Assembly (NCBI RefSeq): GCF_031769215.1
Contig: NW_026782023.1
Span: forward strand, 372,001-436,000
Direction of reading: 5' to 3'
Length of the DNA: 64,000 nucleotides
Source: Ylistrum balloti
Lineage: Eukaryota
How positions within the stretch are numbered: the stretch's first letter is position 1; each line of letters opens with the position of its first letter. The translations under genes and the position numbers were made by a program. Below are positions 56,201 to 64,000 of this stretch, in pieces. Under the pieces are notes generated by a model. The model did not search any database and was not told the origin of the DNA. It was given only the letters and a program-made list of their open reading frames with translations.

Positions 56201-56729
56201 TCATTTCAACTTCAAGCGAGGTTTATATTGAGTCACTATATACATGTTTTATCCTATGATTTCCTCTGTTTGCAGGCTAGCTGTCAATCAACTATCAGGA
56301 TTTGTGTGCGAAGATCCCATGATTCCCTCTACAACATCAAATATTACAGACCCTGAGTTGTCAGCCAATAAGAACTCTTCTTACAACTCAGACACTATAT
56401 CATCCAATAAAAAATCATCTTACAGTGGAGAGGATACATCTTCTAGTGGCATGGCCTCTTACAGCATGGAATATTCCTCACCGGCCAATCGCATGTCTTC
56501 TTACAATGCAGATTTTTCCTCACCAGCCAATCACACACCTTCATACAATGCAGAGTACTCCTCACCAGCCAATTACACTTCTTCTCACAAGGAAGAGTAC
56601 ACCTCACCAGCCAATAGTATGGCATCTACTTTTCATGAACAATTTTATCAGCCAGGAATAATTCCTGGATTAGGGTCCAAACATAATGTATTATACAATG
56701 ACTTTTTACGAGATGACCAACATAAATAA
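41261..56729 (+). CDS. TMEM241: TMEM241 (SLC35D4) nucleotide-sugar-transporter-family protein, 435 aa with extended C-terminus, join(41261..41338,42380..42426,43418..43507,44477..44558,47287..47364,48261..48338,48794..48842,50123..50171,51476..51511,52250..52354,54005..54101,55041..55105,56276..56729)
   Basis: VNKYVLSVLEFKYPTIFQGWQT, YSGSKALANL, LPVFLSLQN, DPQFSADGYFW, LYCNYIYS and IKFPYLYF follow the TMEM241 motif order. 1308 nt in frame; intron 10 is GC-AG. Confidence 0.93.
42105..42250 (-). mobile_element. tRNA-derived SINE fragment with conserved central domain
   Basis: Plus-strand GAGGAAACCAAAGTACCCAAGGAAAACCCAC (SINE core-type motif) and GGAATTGAACCC (reverse B-box). Confidence 0.6.
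45246..46765. repeat. 76-bp minisatellite, ~20 units, TMEM241 intron 4; most units carry CAATGAGTCATTG and a pyrimidine tract
   Basis: GTCAGAAACC at 45246, 45322 and 45398. Confidence 0.98.
47103..47270. repeat. 53-bp tandem repeat x3 ending in the exon 5 polypyrimidine tract
   Basis: CATGTTTGT at 47103, 47156, 47209 and 47262. Confidence 0.95.
47400..47530. repeat. ~57-bp duplication just downstream of the TMEM241 exon 5 donor
   Basis: GACCCCTG..GTAAGATGGTATTTGATT.GCTACTGTCACTGATAT occurs twice. Confidence 0.85.
48321..48650 (+). repeat. 31-bp minisatellite made of copies of the TMEM241 exon 6/intron 6 junction
   Basis: G|GT at exactly 31-nt spacing: 48338 (true donor), 48369, 48400, 48431, 48462, 48493, 48524, 48555, 48586, 48617. 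Confidence 0.95.
49036..49610. repeat. 49-bp minisatellite (AGGTAGCATATATCCTTAACTGTAACACAAATCACAGGTATAATGTTTG), ~11 progressively degenerate units, TMEM241 intron 7
   Basis: AGGTAGCAT/AAGTAGCAT at 49038, 49087, 49136, 49185 and 49234. Confidence 0.92.
51705..51795. repeat. 33-bp AT-rich tandem repeat, about 3 copies
   Basis: AAGAAATATTTAAACAATAATG repeated three times. Confidence 0.85.
53100..53915. mobile_element. Composite non-autonomous element(s) of the CAAGATGG family, arranged as forward units followed by inverted units
   Basis: 53245-53275 is the reverse complement of 53521-53550; 53160-53190 is the reverse complement of ~53455-53485. The right end reads AACAAGAG... on the minus strand. 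Helentron/Helitron-like assignment is inference. Confidence 0.6.
54410..54559. mobile_element. Small fold-back MITE-like element
   Basis: TATTGGGAAACTTTCACC versus the reverse complement of the right end, TATTGGAAAAATTTTACCC. Confidence 0.4.
54562..54950 (+). mobile_element. Helentron-associated non-autonomous element (HINE/DINE-1/pearl-like) with two ~156-bp internal tandem units
   Basis: Starts TTTTACGC...GCATATAG, then a short CTGTC microsatellite, then duplicated AAAACTATTAGAG...CATGAA.CTTCATAG units 156 nt apart. This architecture is known for Helentron-associated elements. Confidence 0.7.
55240..55978. repeat. 22-bp G-rich minisatellite (GACATGGGGTAACTCAGAGGAA)n, ~33 units, TMEM241 intron 12
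   Basis: AGAGG at 55621, 55643 and 55665; the 5' part alternates two variants. Confidence 0.96.
56085..56182. repeat. ~40-bp tandem repeat, about 2.5 copies, upstream of the last TMEM241 exon
   Basis: ACACAGACC.TGTCA occurs three times. Confidence 0.8.
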
Positions 56730-56795
56730 TGTTATTTTTGTTTTTGTGGAATTATACTGACAGTACTTTTACTTGTTATTTGATTGAAATTAAAA

Positions 56796-56801
56796 AATAA
56801 A
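56796..56801 (+). terminator. Candidate TMEM241 polyadenylation signal AATAAA
   Basis: First AATAAA after the stop codon, 66 nt downstream of it. Confidence 0.45.
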
Positions 56802-57742
56802 AGTGCAATATTTATCAGAACACTTTGTATTAAAATCATTTGTAATACATCACCCCGTAGACAAACTCTAGATTTATGAGTATTAACAACATTTAAAGTT
56901 TGGTGTAAAAACTTTTAAGAACTTCCAGCTTCAAAAATTCCTTGAATTCATTTAGAAATGGAATGCTTTCCAGATGTTTTAGTGTCATTTTGTTGTCAGG
57001 TCTTATACGTTGACCTGTATTGTAAATCTTGTATACAGCAATCAGCATTATGCATGCAACTACATCATGCCATATATCAAACAATGAGCTGGTTGTTTGA
57101 TACAGGAAAGGAAAAGGTTGTGATTCTCTCAATATACATTTATAACCAGTCCATGTCTGTAGCCACCATTATGAAAACAATTTCTGAAGTGTGAATCATA
57201 TTTAAGGTATTCACATATTTATTTACATATTTAATTCTTACACATGATTTTACAGAAAAAAATCTTAAAATAATATTTACACTTTAAATACATTGATAGT
57301 ACATATCAATAATGTGTTATTTTATCACAGTCAAGCCTCCCAAAGTCCAGCTGAAATTCTCCCAGAAGTACATACATCATCTTTTAATTTGTATGCCAGA
57401 TCTTATCAGAGTATAAGCTGTGAAATACACATCAAAATACTGTAGCTTATGAATCACTGATTTCTAGGATTGAATATTCAACAATATTCCTCATTGTCTT
57501 GATAAAAATCAATGTTTTTCATTCTCACAGTATAAAATCATATTGTGTCAGTTCTGACCACATTATACTATTTCGAAAGACTTCACAATATCTCCGATAT
57601 GCCTCCCAGATTTTTTGTTGTCTCTAGATAAATTTTATGTAAAGATAGCATCTTGATCCAATGTAGAAGCCAGCAGACTCAGTAAACGAGTACATCACAT
57701 CCTTTTACACTTGATGATTCCTGGTCGTCATGGTTACCATAT

Positions 57743-60700
57743 TTATTTTTGAACATTTGGATTCATTTCTAACTGGAGAACTCGTGTTGGAGGAATTTCA
57801 AGTTCTGCATTCACCTGTTAAAACATAGTCATAATTTATAAGTAACATGGCAAGATATACTGTTTTCATGAATTACAAATTTTTTAATAGAATCAATCGT
57901 TTTACAAAATTGACAAACTTTACTGAGATGCAATTAGGAGCTTGTTACTTTCACATTTATAGACAACAAATTATTTAGTGATATAAACATTTCCCTACAA
58001 AATTAATTCCACTTTGAAAATCAGACAAAAATGGATATTTACAATAAAAAAATCACCTATGAATAGATATCTTAGTGTGATATATGAAGAACATTATAAG
58101 ATTGATAAGGTGATTGACTGCAACCTTGATAGTCGTTATTAGTACCTTAGAGTTGACATATTGGTGAAGCAACATTCTCAGTTCTGCGTTCTGTTGGCGC
58201 AGTGCGTCTGTCTCATTGATAAGTGTTGACCGACTCGTTAGGGTCTCACTGTAAACAACACAGTAATATTTTCTAAAATTCAAAGCTCTACTGTTTGTTA
58301 ACATTATTATGCTGTGATTTTGGGTTGAGAAATTGTGTCGCTATACCCCCGTTATGAAAGGCTGTAGGTCCCATCACACTGTGGTTAGACTTTAAACCGA
58401 GGGTTGCTGCTCTGGCTAGAATTGTATGGACCATAGTTACATACATTATGTAAATGGATTGCTAATGACCAAACTTTTACAAGGAAACGGGACAGACTTG
58501 CTGAAGGCGATGATCACATCAATACAAATGGACAAAAACTAAAATCAAAGACAGCGTAAAGAGGAAATGAATAAACATCAAAACTACCGGAAAGACAATT
58601 TCTGATCTCCCACAAAAAAAAACAGGAAAGATCAGTGCTCTAACTATATAGAAGCACTGGACATATACATGTCCATTTAAAACATGTCTTGGTACCTGTA
58701 TTTTTCTAGTCCCTCTAGTAAAGCATCCCAGAGTCTTTCCTTGTTTGTAGAGATGAGAGATGGATACTTCGCCCAGTAATCAGAATCGTCTGAACTGTCA
58801 CGCTCTTCAAGGGAGACAATCTTAAACTGGGACTGCTTCCCTTTCTCCCTGCAAAAGCATAATGTATTTAAAGGACAGAGGATGACGTTAATCATACTAG
58901 GAAAATTACATCTTTTAGCATAACTGGAAAGAATTATTTTTAGAATTGCATGTATTATAATAGAATGACAGGATGACACATATCTACCCAATGCTGACCC
59001 CCACCACAGGCTTTATAGGCAGGGCAAAAGGGGCCAAACTGAGTTAAATTTCAAAAAACAGTCTTCATAGTTGAAAGGGTCACCAAAATTATGAATTTCA
59101 TGACCCCAGATATACATTACATCTAGTCTAGGGTCTATTTCTGATAATTGAAATTCACTGGGTCCATTCTTGGTATGTTTGTTTTACTTTTATTATTCTT
59201 AAGAATTTGAGGAGGGTAATCCAATGATAGTAAGCTGTGTTTACAGAATGAGATGGAAGAATTTTTATTCTTGGATAAGGAAAACATACTTGGTGGGTTG
59301 TCGGTTTTCCTCAACAAATGCCCGAAGAGCCTTCAAAACTTCATTGGGATGGATCAGTTCCACTGTCTCACTCTTAGTTGATTCCAGGTCGCCCTCTTTT
59401 CCTGTAAGCTTTCGAATCTCTTCATCAATATCGTCCAGCTTCAAAAAGGAGAACAATTGATTGTATGTGCAGGAAGTTTAGTTTGATGAAATCTTAATAC
59501 AAGAATAAACATAAAAGAGAACATATTTGTTTTTTGGTCGGAATTATTGGTAAACCCAAGGTGAAGTTTGCTATTCAGTATAACAATCCATACAAATTTT
59601 CTGAGGTTTTAGCATACACACATACCTCTCCACTGACTTCTGTCTGAGAGGGCTCATCCACGACTGTCTCCTTCTGAAAATACAAATAATCCCTATATAT
59701 CTCAAGAAACACCTGTTTTTTGAAAAGTAAAGATATAAAAATTCAACTGTAAAATATTAGCTGTTCATTATATGGTTTGTAGTGTTAAATGTAAATCATT
59801 TCAAGTCCTACTTAAAATAATAACATTTGCAGCATTCAAACATACCTCCTCATCCTGTGGCTGTTTTCGACCTTTGATATGCATGAAATAACTAGCCAAC
59901 AGATGGACATCTTCCTCCGTGTCTATTCCTAGGGCCTGAAATAATGTCACATGATCCATACATTTAAACAGAAGAGAGCACAGCCTTAACTTCTATCGAG
60001 TCAAGGATTAAAAAATCTCAGAACAGGTTATGTTTAATATTTTTCTTTTATTCCTAAAATACTTAACTTAAAACAATTTCAGTCAAAGGTAGGAAATTTG
60101 AACAAGTGTGTTGTCATATATTGTGTATATCATAAGGTTACATTGATATTTCTCAGCTGTAAAGGAGCACAAGTAGTTAAACTCATATAATGATACGACA
60201 ATTTGACCTTTGACCTTCTTTTGTGGCTTTGAATACTTTTTTGAGGATTTAAGATTAGAGAAGATATTCACCAATGGATGAACAAAGAAGGTGGACAGAT
60301 GAAGGCATATGAAAGAACAAAGTTACTTGTTGCTTTAACTTCATTTGAATTCGACCAGATACAGGTTTTTTAATACCAATAGAAACAAATATGTGTATGT
60401 CAAACATTTAAAATGTTCCTGATTAATGTACTTACACTAAAGATTGCATCCAATTTCATTAATGAGCGCTCATCTTTTTCCAGAGGAGCCAGCAGCTTGT
60501 TTAATTTGGACTCCACCAAAAATCCCTGTCAAAGTAAACAAGATGAATTAAACAATATCCGATATGTCCTTGGGTAGAATTCCAAGTTTGTTTTGTTTTC
60601 AAACTGTGGTGTGTATTTTAGTATTGATATTGAATCTTTAACATCTGAAGGGTTAACTCTGAGTTGGCATTTGATCTCAGATGTCTTTAGTATGACTAAT

Positions 60701-63700
60701 GACTCGGTGTATGATATCTGACTTTGAATACTGTGTATATGATATATTTGACCTTAGTATGAAATATGATCATGGATACTGTGCATGATATTTGACCTTG
60801 GATACTGTGTGTATGACACCTGACCTTGGATACTGTGTGTATGACATCTATCCTTGGATATTGTGTGTATGACACCTGACCTTGAACACTGTGTGTATTA
60901 CACCTGACCTTGAATACTGTGTGTATGACACCTGACCTTGGATACTGTGTGTATGACACCTGACCTTAGATACTGTCTGTATGACACCTGACCTTGGATA
61001 CTGTGTGTATGACATTTGACCTTGGATACTGTGAGTATGACATTTGACTTTGGATACTGTGTGTATGACATCTAACCTTGGATACTGTTTGCATGACATT
61101 TGACCTTGAATACTGTGTGCATAACATCTGACCTTGGATACTGTTTGCATGATATTTGACCTAGAATACTGTGTGTATGACACCTGACCTTGGATACTGT
61201 GTGTATGACATTTGACCTTGGATACTGTGAGTATGACATTTGACCTTGGATACTGTGTGTATGACATCTAACCTTGGATACTGTGTGTATGACATCTGAC
61301 CTTGGATACTGTGTGTATGACATCTAACCTTGGATACTGTTTGTATGACATTTGACCTTGGATACTGTGTGCATAACATCTGACCTTGGATACTGTTTGC
61401 ATGACATTTGACCTAGAATACTGTGTGCATGACATCTGCCCTTGGATACTGTGTGTTTGACATCTGACCTTGGATTCTGTGTATGACATCTAACCTTGGA
61501 AACTGTGTGCATGACATCTGACCTTGGATACTGTGTGCATGACATCTGACTTTGGATACTGTTTGTATGACATCTGACCTTGGATACCATGTGTATGACA
61601 TCTGACCTTGGATACCATGTGTATGACATCTGATCTTAGATACAGTGTATAAGACATTTGGCATTCAATCCTCTGTGTATGACATCTGACTTGAGATAAT
61701 ATTTGTATGAACTTTGACCTTGGATGAGCATGTTTAAAACACTTCGGACTAAAAACAAGATTGTGTACCTAATACTTCTTTAGACTAAAACAGGATAAAA
61801 TTCTAAAATCTCACAAAAAGAAAAGTACCTACCGACTCATCACAGAGAAGTTCCAGGATCAGTTTGATGGTGGTGGCGTTGATTTTGGACAGAAGCGTGC
61901 TCTTGACTGGTTGGTGGTCTGGAGGGAGACTCCCATCTGCATTTTCATCCAGTTCACCATCTTCATCCTCTTCCTCCTCTCCAGCCGTGTGGTGACTCCC
62001 TTCAGTCAGTTAAAAGTAATGTGAAGGTAGAATTTCAATTAGAATTGATAAAAAGCTTGTCCTTTCTTGATTTCATAATTTCTTTAACCGGTGAAAGTTA
62101 CTTGGTCATTAGTTAATCTTGTACCCTCAGTAAGTAATTTAGGTCTTTCATCTGAGACTTGATTTAAGTGATCTTTGAGGAGAGGGACTTTGTGTTACCT
62201 TGGTCTAACGATGTATAACTCTTCACCATTAGACATTGTCTCACCTGTTTGTGACATCACTTCCTGTATAATTTGTTGAGCTGAGACCCCTTTCCTCTTG
62301 GTTGCTTCACTAACGATGGGACCAGCATTTTCTAAGAAATTACTGTGGTGCAACATCAAAAGACATCATGAATAAATGTTTGTTTTTCATTGAAGATAAG
62401 AGTACAGTAAGATATCAAAAATGCAAAAATGTTATAAATTGATTTGAAAATATCAACAGATGTCACAGTAACAATAGCATTGAGATAATGACAACATTAC
62501 ATATATAAAATGGCCAGTAAAGCAAATTAAGAATCTTACCCCTAAGGTTGAGAGATATCACCTGCCAGGAGTGAAAGATTCTACATGTATTTATCATTCT
62601 CAGGTACAATAAACACTAAAATATAAGTCAGGGTTATTTAGGTTTAAACATTCTAGAAGAAAAACTGTTTAATTCCCATGAATCTATCAAGACAGCAAGA
62701 CTGATTTTGATTGGTTGACTTACATATCTGGTGTCTGATACATAAGGCCAAGCTGATGTTCATGGATGATGCGGTCAGCTTCTAGAATCGCATTTACAAG
62801 TTCTTTACATTCTTCCTCGTTCATACACCACACATCATGAAACTTTTTGTGATCGGCCGCCATGAAATGTCTGACAATAAGAAAATTTCACAGATAAAAT
62901 AAAATGACATAACAAAAAGAACACCACCTTGTTTGCAGTTTTTAAGTGTGAAGTGTATAGTTATGTAAAATCATATAACAATTCAAAGTTCTCTGAAAAA
63001 AACTAAAATTGATGACACTTGATTTTATGGGAAAATAAAACTCACGAAATCCATTATCACTGAAAATTCATGTATTTTAAAAAGCTATCATGTTGTGTAC
63101 ACATGACCAATTTTCCACTGATTAAGAGAAGCCAAGATATCAAGAAATGTAATTATCCTCCATGATTAATCATTTTAAACAGAGAATACATGTTTGATCT
63201 CCATCCTGTTTGATGAAGTCTAACCTAATTACAAAGTTACAAAGTTTTCATAGAAGAATTTCAGTGAGCGCAGATGGTATGAGTCACAGTGACCTACATT
63301 AGTTGTGTTGGTGTGGCTACTGCTCAGGACAATGGAATTTTATATTAAATGTTCAAAGAGGCTGTAAGTGAGAACAGTAACTGGAGGTGTCACAGCACAA
63401 CCCGCTCTGTTGCCAAAGACCATAACATCAGCAGAATTTCTCAACATTGAAAGAACTCCTTTCTTTATGTATATTTCATATGTACATTTTGTGTCTACAT
63501 TATCAGTAATAACATATACCACACATTTGCTGTACCAAGTTTTATACGGTGTAAAAGAAATTAAAACATTCAGTGTTAAGGACTATAACGTGGGCCAAAA
63601 TCCAACACATGACATAAGACAGATGAAGAGATAGAATGGTGATCCCTGAGTCCCAACCAACTTGACTCCTCGTATAATCCAACCCTACCCCAACTGGCTG

Positions 63701-64000
63701 ACAAGATCAAAAATGGAATAAATCTAGACAAGTTATGAGTGACAGTTGAAAATAAAAGTCTCGAAAATGTAAAAAGCAGGTTTTACATGGATTTCCCTGA
63801 CCCTTAAAACCTGCATTTTGACTTGTTAAATTGACAAAGGACAGAACTGATACAGTTTTACTCGATGTTATATGTGATTTGAGTCCTTGGACTTGTACGT
63901 TCATAAAATCTGAGGGTCCCCTGGAAAACCCTGGTAATTCTTACCTCGACTTTCTCTGCAGGTCTCTAAACTGTTCTGTAATTCTTTTATAATCCTCAGT
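57743..64000 (-). CDS. DRC1: Dynein regulatory complex subunit 1, 3' portion (5'-partial), complement(join(57743..57814,58146..58248,58696..58848,59290..59438,59626..59673,59846..59935,60436..60525,61833..61999,62245..62342,62724..62870,63945..>64000))
   Basis: TEDYKRITEQFRDLQRKSRHF, VWCMNEEE, DRIIHEHQLGL, LLCDESGFLVESKL, KLDAIFSALGI, IHPNEVLKAL, LWDALLEGLEKY and [32 protein letters not shown] all match DRC1/CCDC164. Phases are consistent. Confidence 0.96.
60790..61710. repeat. 28-bp minisatellite (TGACCTTGGATACTGTGTGTATGACATY)n, ~33 units, in a DRC1 intron
   Basis: TGACC at 61213 and 61241, etc. The SYTQYPRS-type ORFs are artefacts. Confidence 0.97.

Noticed and set aside
60696-61664. Multiple SYTQYPRS-repeat ORFs on the DRC1 strand
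   Set aside because: The 28-bp unit is not a multiple of 3, and the flanking DRC1 exons join in frame (LLCDES-GFLVESK).
62199-62342. Alternative DRC1 splice sites (acceptor giving an exon start at 62331; donor after 62199)
   Set aside because: Each breaks the frame on its own, and together they drop conserved residues; only 62342-62245 restores the conserved PDINFLENAGP sequence and matching phases.

Overview
AT-rich eukaryotic (animal) genomic DNA with intron-rich genes, not prokaryotic; the repeat types suggest a lophotrochozoan, probably a bivalve mollusc (inference). Exon chains were rebuilt by hand and checked for GT/GC-AG junctions and frame continuity. Five protein-coding genes were recovered: a 158-aa divergent calmodulin-like protein (+, 4 coding exons), SMNDC1/SPF30 (+, 7 exons, 246 aa), SNRNP40/U5-40K (-, 9 exons, 346 aa), TMEM241/SLC35D4 (+, 13 exons, 435 aa) and the 3' part of DRC1/CCDC164 (-, 11 exons, runs off the right edge). 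TMEM241 has one GC-AG intron and an unexpected ~135-aa repetitive C-terminal tail. A possible unannotated 62-aa three-exon gene (2334-7705) has a first intron almost entirely filled by a 4.9-kb satellite. About a quarter of the window, and about 70% of the first 14 kb, is tandem repeat. Several arrays start or end at exon boundaries and copy splice signals, and others multiply transcription-factor motifs. MITEs, tRNA-derived SINE fragments, Helentron-like non-autonomous elements and a decayed retroelement RT fragment are also present. No rRNA, tRNA, snRNA gene or CRISPR array was found. Most long ORFs in the supplied track are artefacts of the repeats.
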